This document shows positions 1 through 10,100 of a stretch of DNA of 64,000 bases, in pieces (the stretch's first letter is position 1; each line of letters opens with the position of its first letter). This stretch comes from a bacterium (GTDB lineage: Bacteria > Patescibacteriota > Minisyncoccia > Minisyncoccales > UBA10102). Where the stretch lies: NCBI GenBank assembly GCA_030647485.1, contig JAUSJT010000001.1, forward strand, positions 76,947-140,946. Reading direction: 5' to 3'. The notes under the pieces are model-generated. The model was not told the DNA's origin and did not search any database. It saw only the letters and a list, made by a program, of their open reading frames with translations. The position numbers and the translations under genes are program-made.

Positions 1-2
1 AT

Positions 3-899
3 ATCATCACTTCCCAGATTGAACACGAGTCAGTTCTTTCTTCGCTCGTGCTGTTAGAACAAGAAGGACTGGCGGAGGTAACCTATATCCCAGTTGATAA
101 GGAGGGTATTGTGCGGGTTGAGGATGTAAAAAACGCAGTGAAAGAAAACACAGTGCTTGTGTCTATTATGTATGCAAATAGTGAGATTGGGACTGTGCAG
201 CCAATTGCAGAAATTGGCGAGATGATTAGGGAACTAAAAACTAAAAACCAAAAACTAAAAATTGTTTTTCACACCGACGCGGTCCAGGCAGTTCAGTTTC
301 TTAGCTGCGATGCGCAAAAATTAAAAGTGAATCTTCTGACTATGAGTTCGCATAAAATCTACGGCCCTAAGGGAGCAGGGGCGCTGTATGTGAAAGACGG
401 AATATCCATTGCGCCCTTGATTTATGGAGGAGGCCAGGAACAAGGGATGCGGTCTGGCACCGAGAACGTTGCGGCAATCGTAGGAATGGGAGCAGCAGTA
501 CAGGAAGTGCAGAATCCCAAGTCCAAAATACAAGCTATTAAAATTCGCCAGTTGAGAGATCTGCTTATACGAGGCATACTGAAAAACGTGAAGGGAGTTG
601 AGCTTACAGGATCCAAAACGAGCAGACTGCCTAATAATGTGCATGTGCGGGTGCAAGGAGTAGAGGGTAGGGATATGGTTGTTTCTCTAGACCAGAAAGG
701 GATTGCGGTATCCAGCGGGTCTGCGTGTTCTGAAAAAAATCAGGAACCCTCCCACGTACTCTTGGCTCTTGGGTATTCTTTAGAGGAAGCATCTTGGGGA
801 GTGCGAATGACGCTGGGGAAAAACACCACCCAGGACGAAATTCAGAAGGTTATGAAGATGTTTATTCTTACAGTTGAACAACTGCGCAGAAGTTTGTAA
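3..899 (+). CDS. iscS: Cysteine desulfurase (IscS/NifS family), 5'-truncated by window edge
   Basis: Frame open from window start (IITSQIEHESV); motifs HTDAVQ, SSHKIYGPKGAG (PLP Lys), RSGTEN, SSGSAC (catalytic Cys), EPSHVL. Confidence 0.93.
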   Translation: MITSQIEHESVLSSLVLLEQEGLAEVTYIPVDKEGIVRVEDVKNAVKENTVLVSIMYANSEIGTVQPIAEIGEMIRELKTKNQKLKIVFHTDAVQAVQFLSCDAQKLKVNLLTMSSHKIYGPKGAGALYVKDGISIAPLIYGGGQEQGMRSGTENVAAIVGMGAAVQEVQNPKSKIQAIKIRQLRDLLIRGILKNVKGVELTGSKTSRLPNNVHVRVQGVEGRDMVVSLDQKGIAVSSGSACSEKNQEPSHVLLALGYSLEEASWGVRMTLGKNTTQDEIQKVMKMFILTVEQLRRSL

Positions 900-908
900 A
901 ATATCGGT

Positions 909-2213
909 ATGGATACTTTTTCAAAAACAACGTCTTCTTTTCAGAAGTTTTTAAAGACCATTAAAAGAAAAGAGATGTCCTGGCTCCTGCCCGCAGTTGT
1001 GTGCATTTCTTTGGTTTCAGGTCTGGCAGGCGGAGTGGCGTTTGAATACCTCAAGGAGAATCTTGTGGGCATTGCCCCCAAGGTAAATATAGGGCAAGAA
1101 GGTGGAGTCAAAGAATATGTTCCCCAGACCACCCAGGAGCAAAAGATTATCGACGCTGTGAAACTGGTATTTCCTTCTGTAGTTAGTATTATTATCACCA
1201 AGGACGTCCCTATTATTGAGCAATACTTCACAAATCCTTTTGAAGAATTCTTTGGGCAGAGATCTCCGTTCCGGCTGCAGGTTCCCCAATACCGCCAGAA
1301 GGGAACAGAGAAAAAAGAAGTCGGAGGGGGATCTGGATTTATTGTCTCTGTAGACGGCTTTGTGGTGACGAACAAGCATGTGGTGTTAGACGAGGATGCA
1401 GACTATACTGTGTTTACCAACGACGGGAAATCGTATCCGGCGAAAGTACTTGCAAAAGATCCCCTGCAGGACTTGGCCATATTGAAAATAGACCAGGAGC
1501 AAATAGTTGATCAGTCAGGCGCATTCACGGCAAGGCCTTTTGTGCCAGTAAAGCTCGGGGATGCAGGTACGCTTCAAATAGGGCAGTCTGTCATTGCTAT
1601 TGGCAACGCCTTGGGAGAGTTTCGCAATACGGTTTCGGTGGGCGTCATCTCGGGCCTTGGAAGAACCATTACCGCTTCTGGGGGGGCGAATTTTGTGGAG
1701 ACCATAGAAGACGTTATCCAAACGGACGCTGCCATTAACAAGGGGAATTCGGGGGGTCCTTTGCTGAATCTCGCAGGAGAGGTGATTGGTATTAATACCG
1801 CAACGGTGTTAGACGCCCAAAACATTGGCTTTGCGGTTCCCATAAACAAGGTGAAGCGGGACATTGAGCAGGTACGGGCAGTAGGGAAGATTACGTATCC
1901 GTTCCTTGGAGTGCGCTATGCCCTTATCACTGATGCGGTTGCCAAAGATCGGAATTTGCCAGTTACCTATGGGGCTTTGATTGAGAAAGGAGACAGCGCT
2001 ACCCCCGCGGTGACGCCTGGGTCTGGCGCCCAGCAAGCTGGGATGCTCGAGGGAGACATTATCCTTGAATTTAACGGAGAGCGTGTTACTCCCGAGAATT
2101 CCTTGGCAAAGCTTATCCAAAAGTATAATCCCAAAGATACGGTGGTTGTAAAGATTCTTAGAGACGGGCAGGAGAAAATCCTGCAGGTAACCTTAGGCGA
2201 GCGGAGCGAATAA
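909..2213 (+). CDS. htrA: HtrA/DegP-family trypsin-like serine protease with N-terminal TM anchor and PDZ domain
   Basis: GSGFIV, TNKHV (His), DLAILKI (Asp), QTDAAINKGNSGGPL (Ser); C-terminal PDZ (GDIILEFNG). Confidence 0.93.
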   Translation: MDTFSKTTSSFQKFLKTIKRKEMSWLLPAVVCISLVSGLAGGVAFEYLKENLVGIAPKVNIGQEGGVKEYVPQTTQEQKIIDAVKLVFPSVVSIIITKDVPIIEQYFTNPFEEFFGQRSPFRLQVPQYRQKGTEKKEVGGGSGFIVSVDGFVVTNKHVVLDEDADYTVFTNDGKSYPAKVLAKDPLQDLAILKIDQEQIVDQSGAFTARPFVPVKLGDAGTLQIGQSVIAIGNALGEFRNTVSVGVISGLGRTITASGGANFVETIEDVIQTDAAINKGNSGGPLLNLAGEVIGINTATVLDAQNIGFAVPINKVKRDIEQVRAVGKITYPFLGVRYALITDAVAKDRNLPVTYGALIEKGDSATPAVTPGSGAQQAGMLEGDIILEFNGERVTPENSLAKLIQKYNPKDTVVVKILRDGQEKILQVTLGERSE

Positions 2214-2238
2214 GGGGTGCCTTGCCCCCTTTTCTTTT
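2212..2238 (+). terminator. Probable intrinsic terminator after htrA
   Basis: AAGGGG..CCCCTT hairpin followed by T-rich run. Confidence 0.55.
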
Positions 2239-2264
2239 CCCTGTTTTTATGCTAGATTAAAGCC

Positions 2265-4973
2265 ATGAACGGAGGAGGAAATTTTACGCATAAAGCGCAA
2301 GAAGCCCTGTTTCAGGCGCAGAATAGCGCGCAGGAAAGAGGGCAGCAGCAAGTAGATGCCCTGCATCTCTTGTACGCTTTGCTTTCCCAAGAAGACAGTG
2401 TGGTTTTAACATTGCTCCAGAAAATAGGGGCAGATGTGGAAGGGTTAAGAAAGAAGGTAGAAATACATTTAGAAAAGCTCCCGGTAGTTGCCGCACCCAA
2501 TCCCCTTGGCCAGTTCTATCTTACCCAAGACCTTGCAAAGACCTTGGAAAGGGCTCGCCAGGAAGCAGGGAAAATGGGAGACGAGTATGTGTCAGTAGAA
2601 CACTTGTTCCTTGCTCTGCTTGATAGCCCTTCTGCGGCAAAAGAATTACTGGACCACACATCTTTTATAAACACGGGAAGCACGGACACGGAATTAGAGT
2701 TCAAAAAGCTGGATTATGAGACGGCGTTAAAGGTGCTAGCGCAAATAAGGGGAGGAGTCCGTATTACCGACCCAACCCCAGAGTCAAAATACCAGGTGGT
2801 GGAAAAATACGCCCGCAACCTTACAAGATTGGCTCGCCAGGGAAAGCTTGATCCGGTTATAGGAAGGGAGAACGAGATTCGGAGATTAATGCAGGTGCTG
2901 ACACGGAGAACCAAAAATAACCCCGTGCTTATAGGCGAAGCAGGGGTCGGGAAAACAGCAGTGGTGGAAGGACTGGCCCAGAAAATAGTGAAGGGAGACG
3001 TGCCAGAGAGCTTAAAAGATAAAGAACTTATTGCCTTGGATTTAGGTTCCCTGGTTGCAGGCACCAAGTACAGGGGGGAGTTTGAAGACAGGGTGAAGGC
3101 GTTGCTCAAAGAAATGGAGAGAGCTGCGGGAAAGTATGTTCTCTTCATAGACGAGCTCCACACTTTAGTGGGAGCCGGAGCCGCAGAAGGAGCGATTGAC
3201 GCCTCCAATCTTTTAAAGCCTGCACTTGCAAGAGGCGAATTGCGTGCCATTGGAGCCACCACACTGAAAGAGTATCAAAAGTATATTGAAAAGGATCCGG
3301 CCTTAGAGCGCCGCTTCCAGCCCATTCTTGTCGTAGAGCCTTCTATTGAAGACACGGTTTCCATTTTGCGCGGCATTAAAGAAAAGTACGAGTTGCATCA
3401 TGGGGTGAAGGTAAAAGATTCTGCCCTGGTTGCCGCGGCAAACTTAGCTGCCAGATATATTTCAGATAGGTTCTTGCCAGACAAGGCAGTGGACCTTATG
3501 GACGAAGCCATGAGCGCTTTGCGCTTGGATATGGAATCGCAACCCGCCGAGCTGGATTCTTTAAAGCGCGAGATTCAGAAGCTGGAAATTGAAAAGGAGG
3601 CGTTAAAGTCAGAAAAGAGCCAGGAGAAAAAGGTGAAAGGCATAACTCGTTCTTTAGCCGACCTTCAAGAAAAAGCAAAAGGCATTGAGGCAAAGTGGAA
3701 GTCAGAGAAGGACGTTATTATGAAAATAAAGGACTTTAAAAAAGAGCTGGAAGAGGCGAGATTCCAGGTGGAGCGAGAACAATCAAAGGCAAATCTCCAA
3801 AAGTTAGCCGAGTTAAAGTACGGCACCATTCCAGATCTCTTAAAACAATTGCGAGCAGAAGAAAAGAAGCTGGCGCGATTCCAGAAATCCAACCCAATAC
3901 TCAAAGAGGAGGTCACAGAAGAAGATGTTGCAAACGTGGTGTCGCGCTGGACCGGTATTCCTGTCATGCGCTTAATGGAAGAAGAGGCACAGAAATTAGA
4001 GAAAATGGAAGATGCCTTGAGAAAGAGGGTTATTGGACAGGAAGAGGCGCTTTTGGCAATATCCAACGCAATACGGAGAAATCGGGCAGGGCTTTCAGAA
4101 GAGAATAGGCCGTTGGGGTCGTTCTTGTTCTTGGGTCCTACCGGAGTGGGGAAAACAGAAACCGCCAAAGCGTTGGCCGAATTCTTGTTTAATGATCAGA
4201 ACGCGCTCATACGTCTTGATATGTCAGAGTATATGGAAAAGCACACCACGTCCCGCATGTTGGGTTCGCCCCCAGGATATGTGGGGTATGAAGAGGGAGG
4301 TCAGCTGACCGAGCAAATTAGAAGGCGCCCGTACAGCGTTATCCTGTTTGATGAGATTGAAAAGGCGCATCCCGAAGTGTTCAACGTGCTCTTGCAGATT
4401 ATGGAAGACGGAAGATTAACTGATGCCAAAGGAAGGGTTGCCTCGTTCAAAAACGCCATTGTGATCATGACTTCTAATGTGGGGTCTCAGTTCATTGCGG
4501 AAATGAATCCCTTGGGATTCTTGGCAGAACGCAAAGAAGACAAGAAGGCCGCGGTGCAAGACAAGGTTATGTCTGCCTTAAAAGAAGAGTTTCGCCCCGA
4601 GTTTTTAAACAGGATAGATGAAATAATCATCTTTAACTATCTTGCGAAAGAAGAAATCAAAAAGATTGTGGAATTAGAACTCGCAAAAGTTGCAGAACGC
4701 CTTGGTAAGAAAGGCATTGCTATCGCCGTTGCAGAAAAAGCGAAAGAGCTTCTTGTAGAGCAGGGCTTTGACCCAAATCTTGGAGCCCGTCCTCTGCGAA
4801 GGGTGATACAGCGAAAAGTTCTAGATCCCTTGTCTCTAAAAATAGTTGCAGGGGAAGTAAAGCTGGGAGAAAAAGTATCTATTGATGTTAAAGACGGCGA
4901 GATCTCTATCGCAGGTTCGTTGAGGCCTTTGCGCATGCCAGAGAAGATTCTCGCCAAAAGCGCAGCGAAATGA
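2265..4973 (+). CDS. clpB: ATP-dependent chaperone ClpB
   Basis: Clp N domain, two AAA+ modules ([16 protein letters not shown]), long coiled-coil middle domain, [10 protein letters not shown]. Confidence 0.93.
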   Translation: MNGGGNFTHKAQEALFQAQNSAQERGQQQVDALHLLYALLSQEDSVVLTLLQKIGADVEGLRKKVEIHLEKLPVVAAPNPLGQFYLTQDLAKTLERARQEAGKMGDEYVSVEHLFLALLDSPSAAKELLDHTSFINTGSTDTELEFKKLDYETALKVLAQIRGGVRITDPTPESKYQVVEKYARNLTRLARQGKLDPVIGRENEIRRLMQVLTRRTKNNPVLIGEAGVGKTAVVEGLAQKIVKGDVPESLKDKELIALDLGSLVAGTKYRGEFEDRVKALLKEMERAAGKYVLFIDELHTLVGAGAAEGAIDASNLLKPALARGELRAIGATTLKEYQKYIEKDPALERRFQPILVVEPSIEDTVSILRGIKEKYELHHGVKVKDSALVAAANLAARYISDRFLPDKAVDLMDEAMSALRLDMESQPAELDSLKREIQKLEIEKEALKSEKSQEKKVKGITRSLADLQEKAKGIEAKWKSEKDVIMKIKDFKKELEEARFQVEREQSKANLQKLAELKYGTIPDLLKQLRAEEKKLARFQKSNPILKEEVTEEDVANVVSRWTGIPVMRLMEEEAQKLEKMEDALRKRVIGQEEALLAISNAIRRNRAGLSEENRPLGSFLFLGPTGVGKTETAKALAEFLFNDQNALIRLDMSEYMEKHTTSRMLGSPPGYVGYEEGGQLTEQIRRRPYSVILFDEIEKAHPEVFNVLLQIMEDGRLTDAKGRVASFKNAIVIMTSNVGSQFIAEMNPLGFLAERKEDKKAAVQDKVMSALKEEFRPEFLNRIDEIIIFNYLAKEEIKKIVELELAKVAERLGKKGIAIAVAEKAKELLVEQGFDPNLGARPLRRVIQRKVLDPLSLKIVAGEVKLGEKVSIDVKDGEISIAGSLRPLRMPEKILAKSAAK

Positions 4974-5055
4974 ATTGCATTAATATACAATTCAAACGCT
5001 GCTGGAACGTTGAAATTTTATGAGAAATTTCTTACGTTCCGCAGCGAAATAATTC

Positions 5056-5787
5056 ATGATACGGACCATTCTCTTTTTTCTTGTGCCTTTTTGCTTAGGC
5101 GTGCTGGGAGGAATTTGGGCGCAGGCTTTCTTGCTGCCAGGATTGGCTTCCAACCCTGCGTTCCAAAACCTCCAATTTATCAAAGACTGGAACGCGAAAA
5201 TTCAGGTTGTATCTCCGGTGCAAGAGATAGTCATTCGGGAAAACGAAGGACTAGAGCGCCTTGTGAAACGCTTAGATAAGGTGGTGGCAGGACTAGAAAG
5301 CGTTTCAGGGAGTACTGTTATACGTGGGAGCGCGTTTGTATACACTTCAGACGGCTTGGCTGTTGTGCTTTCTACATCGGTTCCCCAAGGGTTCCAGACG
5401 AAGCTGTATATTTCAGGCAGCGAGCTGCCCATGGAAGCTAAAGTTCTTAAACGCGATACGAAGAACAATCTTGTTTTGCTCAAGATAGAAAGCACTGGCT
5501 TGGAAACAGCAGGCGTTAGCGAAGAGAGCGCGCTTTCCGTTGGGGAACGTGCCATACTGGTTGGCAAAACATTTGAAAAAGACGGGATTATTCCTTTCGT
5601 AAACCAGGGAGTAGTGCAGGGTTTGTACGCAGACAGGATCCAAACCAATATCAGAGAGTTGTTAAGCGTTCAGGGAAGCCCTGTGTTTGATATTGAGGGC
5701 AAACTTTTAGGCCTAGCCCTTTTAGATCAAAACAACAAGGTAAAGACCATTCCCGTATCCGTCCTGCGTTCCTTCCTCGGTTTATAA
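5056..5787 (+). CDS. Membrane-anchored trypsin-like protease homologue, catalytic triad apparently lost
   Basis: GSAFVYTSDGLAV, AKVLKRD..NNLVLLKI and GSPVFDIEGKLLG parallel HtrA motifs, but the His/Asp/Ser positions are substituted. Confidence 0.7.
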   Translation: MIRTILFFLVPFCLGVLGGIWAQAFLLPGLASNPAFQNLQFIKDWNAKIQVVSPVQEIVIRENEGLERLVKRLDKVVAGLESVSGSTVIRGSAFVYTSDGLAVVLSTSVPQGFQTKLYISGSELPMEAKVLKRDTKNNLVLLKIESTGLETAGVSEESALSVGERAILVGKTFEKDGIIPFVNQGVVQGLYADRIQTNIRELLSVQGSPVFDIEGKLLGLALLDQNNKVKTIPVSVLRSFLGL

Positions 5788-5820
5788 TGTTAGCCGCCTT
5801 TTACCGAGAGGAATTCGTTT

Positions 5821-5854
5821 TACATAAATTTGGACGATCGTCCAGATTTATATA
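5821..5854. repeat. 34 bp imperfect palindrome, copy 1 (core TGGACGATCGTCCA 5831-5844), overlapping a TATAAT -10 box
   Basis: TACATAAATTTGGACGATCGTCCAGATTTATATA; near-identical copy at 6417-6450. Confidence 0.9.
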
Positions 5855-5865
5855 ATACTAAGATT

Positions 5866-6405
5866 GTGATATCACCAACAAAACAAAAAATTCTTTTGCT
5901 CTTACTCGCTGGAGTTGCTTTTGGTTTTGCTTATACGTTAGGACGACAGAGAAAAATTTTGAAGGAACTTGGAAGAGAGTGGCAAAAAATTGATGAGAAA
6001 AAGATCAAAGACGAGATTCGTCAACTCTATCAATCCAGAATGATCCAAAGAAAAGAAAACTCCGATGGTTCTGAAACACTCCTTCTTACGAAAAAAGGGA
6101 AATTAAAGGCGCTTACGTTCCACTTTGAGCATCTGAAAATTAAAAAAGAAAACTGGGATGGCAAATGGCGGTTGGTTATTTTTGATATTCCAGAAAAGAT
6201 ACGAGCAGGACGCAACGCGTTGAGAAGAAAATTGCGAGACCTTGGATTTTATGAACTCCAGAAAAGCGCATTAATCTTTCCTTATGCTTGTGAGAAAGAG
6301 CTCAAATTTATTATAGAATTTTTTGGAATGCGCAGATTTGTTCGGGTTTGCATCGTACAAAGTATTGACAACGAACCTCACTTGAAACGCGTGTTTGGCT
6401 TGTGA
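5866..6405 (+). CDS. PaaX-like protein: winged-helix N-terminus plus Cas2-like (ferredoxin-fold) domain
   Basis: LTKKGK wing, WDGKWRLVIFDIPEK..R.ALRRKLRDLGFYELQKS motif; GTG start at 5866 chosen because it lies downstream of TATAAT (ORF track starts 5830). Confidence 0.8.
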   Translation: MISPTKQKILLLLLAGVAFGFAYTLGRQRKILKELGREWQKIDEKKIKDEIRQLYQSRMIQRKENSDGSETLLLTKKGKLKALTFHFEHLKIKKENWDGKWRLVIFDIPEKIRAGRNALRRKLRDLGFYELQKSALIFPYACEKELKFIIEFFGMRRFVRVCIVQSIDNEPHLKRVFGL

Positions 6406-6416
6406 TAATCAGCTTA

Positions 6417-6450
6417 TACATAAAATTGGACGATCGTCCAGATTTGTGTA
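6417..6450. repeat. 34 bp imperfect palindrome, copy 2 (core 6427-6440)
   Basis: TACATAAAATTGGACGATCGTCCAGATTTGTGTA, 11 nt after the PaaX-like stop. Confidence 0.9.
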
Positions 6451-6532
6451 AAGTGGGTAGAAGATGAGTTTTCCACAGGGTTTGCATAAAAATGGCATTG
6501 TAGAGGGAGTATGAGGAGGGGTATAATAAGGG

Positions 6533-7183
6533 ATGAATAAAAAACTAATCATTGCGGGAGTTGTCCTTCTTCTCATTATTGGGGGAGGGCTCTTTTTATT
6601 GTTAGGCGGTACAGCAACTAAGTCTCGCTTAGGAGAATCTGGATCTGATACTATTCCTACCCAATGGAGCCAGGCAGGGGATTATGAAATTAAAGAAGTC
6701 GCCGGCCAGCAAACAGTCGTCACCAACTCAAAAGCCGGATTTAGTTTTAAGGTCCCAGAGGGGTGGAGTGCAGGAACTCAGTATTTTAGTGAAGAAGAGT
6801 TTACGCTGGAGTTTCTTAGTCCCGACGCGGTAAAACGCGAAGGGAACCCTCCCCTGAATAAGGGTTGTGGCATTGGTTTGACTACCTTCTTCCGTGAAGA
6901 TCTTTGGGAGTCTTGGAATAATGATGTATTAAGAGTGCAGCAAAATCCAGGGGGAGGTCGGGAGGGAGAAAAGATAATTAAAGTAGGTGGAAAATCTGCC
7001 CTTTGGGATGCATTAAATGCACATGATCTCGCCGCTATTGAAATACTTGGGGAGATCATCCGAGTTAATGTTCCAATTTCTAACAACGGTGTAATCGAAT
7101 TGGGCATAACCATGATGCCCGATCGTCAGTCTAACTGTAAAGCAGAGTTTAATACTTTTCTCTCAAGCTTTTCCATCGATTAA
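6533..7183 (+). CDS. Hypothetical exported/membrane-anchored protein (PsbP-like GFSFKVPEGW motif)
   Basis: N-terminal hydrophobic helix; TATAAT 5 nt upstream of ATG; two Cys. Confidence 0.65.
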   Translation: MNKKLIIAGVVLLLIIGGGLFLLLGGTATKSRLGESGSDTIPTQWSQAGDYEIKEVAGQQTVVTNSKAGFSFKVPEGWSAGTQYFSEEEFTLEFLSPDAVKREGNPPLNKGCGIGLTTFFREDLWESWNNDVLRVQQNPGGGREGEKIIKVGGKSALWDALNAHDLAAIEILGEIIRVNVPISNNGVIELGITMMPDRQSNCKAEFNTFLSSFSID

Positions 7184-7199
7184 CTGAATTCTTCTTCTA

Positions 7200-10100
7200 A
7201 TGATAGGGAGAATTTGTGTCACTCGTTTTAAAATAGGGCAAAGTTCAATGCTGCATCGCACCATACTTTGCGTCTTTTTAATTTTTGGTTTCGTATTACC
7301 AAGTTTAGTCTTTGCTCAAAGCGAAAATGATTTTTTGCTTTCCGAAAAAGATACAAAACTTATCGTTAACGAAATTCAGAAAGAACTTTCTAGGATTGGA
7401 GGTACGATAGATATCTTAAAGTATTCATCTCAACAACAAGCAGCACTGACGCTTTTGAGAAGTTCCGCGAGAGATATCGTACTAAGATTTTTACCTGCGT
7501 TTGTAGCTACTGAAACGATTAAAGTCGTTTTTAATCTAGTATCTTCTTTAGAGAAAGTTTCCGAAGTAACCATCAAAGAGATTCTGGATGAGATAGAAAA
7601 ACAAACAGTAGAAAAAGCAGTAGCAATTGGTAACGCTTGGCTTTTTCAGAATGAGATAAAAACTGGGAGCGGTACTATAAAGCACCCAAAGTCGGGAGGG
7701 AATTTTCAGTATGTGCTTATTTATAAATCTACGGCAGAAAGCAAGGCAGATATAATTTTTGAGTTCTACTCTCCAGAGCAAGTTGATTCGCCATCGTTTC
7801 AAGGATCCATGGGAACCTTCAGTGGTTCTTTAGGAGATTCTGCATATATAGGTAAAGTCAATCCATTCGTTATTCATATCGAAACAAAGGTAGAAAAAAT
7901 TGGTTTAGGTTGGGTAGTTGACTCTTCTGCCGATACAAAAATCACTGTAGAATTTCCAGACAAGGTGCCGGTGCTACAGTTAGCAAAAGAATTACCATAT
8001 CCCCTAGAGGAGCAGAAGATAAAACTATTGAATTATTGGAATACCGCAAAAAACATTCTAGAGTACTTGCGTTCTTTGGGAAGCGAAGCTATCGGAAAGA
8101 CCGCAGACTTTGTCTATAAAGCCCAGGAAGTTGTAAAGAGTCTTATCACCAATACATCCCAATTGTTTAGCAAAGCCGGTGCCGGTTTGGTAGACCCATT
8201 CTCAAAAGAGTCACAACAGATTGATTTTATTGAAGCTCAACTTAACCAGGTTAAGGATGTCTTAGACGCAAAAGAGAATGAAGTAAAACTTAGCTTAGCT
8301 AAGGATGCTAAGGATGAAGCTAGCCCTGTGGAAAACTTAATTCCATTAAGTTTCCCACAGGAACAGCCAATTCTGAGTCCGGTTGAGAGTAATATTGAGG
8401 AGGATGAGTTAAAACTTAATGAGATTAAGGATGAGGTTAGGGAAGAGCCGATACCACAAGTCGTTGTTCCAGAGCTCAATCAAAAACTTAATGAGATTAA
8501 GGATAAAGTAAAACTTAGTCCGACTAAGTTTTGCGCCATTGATCCTACGCGAGGTCCTGCCCTAAGCAGTGTAATACTTTATGAAATTGCGTGGATGGGA
8601 AGCGCCAATTCTGCGAACGACGAATACATAAAACTTAAAAATATCTCAAACAGCGCAGTAAATCTTGAGGGATGGCAGTTACAAGACAAGGATAATCAAA
8701 TTCAAATTGTCTTTGAAAAAGAGCACGGCATATTATTCCAAGAGATTTTTGTTTTGGAGAGAACTAATGATGATTCGTTGCCTGGCACCCAAGCTCATAT
8801 TATCTATGTAGGCGCATTGAATAATACGGATGAAGCTTTGTATCTCTTTGATGAAAAATGCGTTTTGCGAGACAAGGTTGTCGCCGATCCAAACTGGATT
8901 GCAGGAGATAGCAGCGCGCGCAAACCCATGGAACGAGGCAATGATCTAGGTTGGCATACTCTTGGGAGCCAAAATAATACGCTCCAAACTATGAGCAATT
9001 CAGGACCTGCTATTTCAGGTTCTCCTCCATTGGCGCCCGTAGCGCCAAAGACATACCCAAAGATTCTTATCTCTGAAGTTCAGATTGAGGGAGACGGCGC
9101 AAAGGACGAATTCGTCGAGTTATTCAATCCAAATAATGAGAGTGTGGACTTGAGCGGCTGGAAGCTGATGAGGAAAACCTCTGGAGGGTCGGATGCGTAC
9201 TTGGTAAGCTCCTCTGGATTTTCTGGAACCGTTGGAGCTTACAAATATTTCCTCATTGTGCCCCAGCTCAATGATGACGGCACTGCAAACTATAAGGGAA
9301 GCGCCGTTTCTGATCTCTATTATTCTGGCAAAACCTATTCGGTAGCTGCTGACAATACGGTTTTTCTGTACAATCCAAATGGACAAGAGGTTGATAGGGT
9401 TGGGTTTGGAACGTCATCATATGCCGAAGGCACTGCGCCAGCAAATCCTTCCTCAGGCAGTTCTCTTTCAAGAAAGTATGAGAATAGCGCGTATCAGGAT
9501 ACCGATAATAATGCGCAGGATTTTCAGGTGCAGGGCCCAAGCCCAAAAGCAGTGAATCCTGCGCCAACGCCTCCTCCGCCGCCTCCTCCACCGCCCCCTG
9601 CTCAAGACACTACTCCGCCCCAAGCAACATTGCAGAGCCTTGCTTCTTCTCAAAGCGATGTCTCTCTTTCTCTTTCCTGGACAGCAGCTGATCCTGTGGG
9701 AGATGTTTCTCCTAGTGGTCTACAATATATCTATGTTGAATATAGTGTAGCCCCAAGCGTAACTGGGAGTTTTGCCCAGTATAACAACAATGGAGTGTGG
9801 ACAAACTGGCAGATAGGTTCTGCTGGGAAATTGACTTTAAGTCCGCAAACCACAAGTCTTAGTCTCCGCACCCAAGACGGCGTGTCATATACGTTTCAGG
9901 TTACAGCAAAAGATGTTGCGGGGAACACCAGTACGACATCCAGTGCCGCCACAGCCGTGACTCTTCTGAAAACTGTGGTTATAAACGAAGTTGCGTGGAT
10001 GGGTACCAAGGCAAGCAGTTCGGACGAATGGGTGGAACTTTACAATGCCAGCGACGAGGAAATCGATTTGAGCGAATGGTCAATATATGGAGCAGATAGC

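Noticed and set aside
5821..6450. CRISPR-Cas locus (Cas2-like protein plus repeats)
   Set aside because: Only two repeats separated by a whole gene; no spacer array and no cas1 or effector genes in the window.
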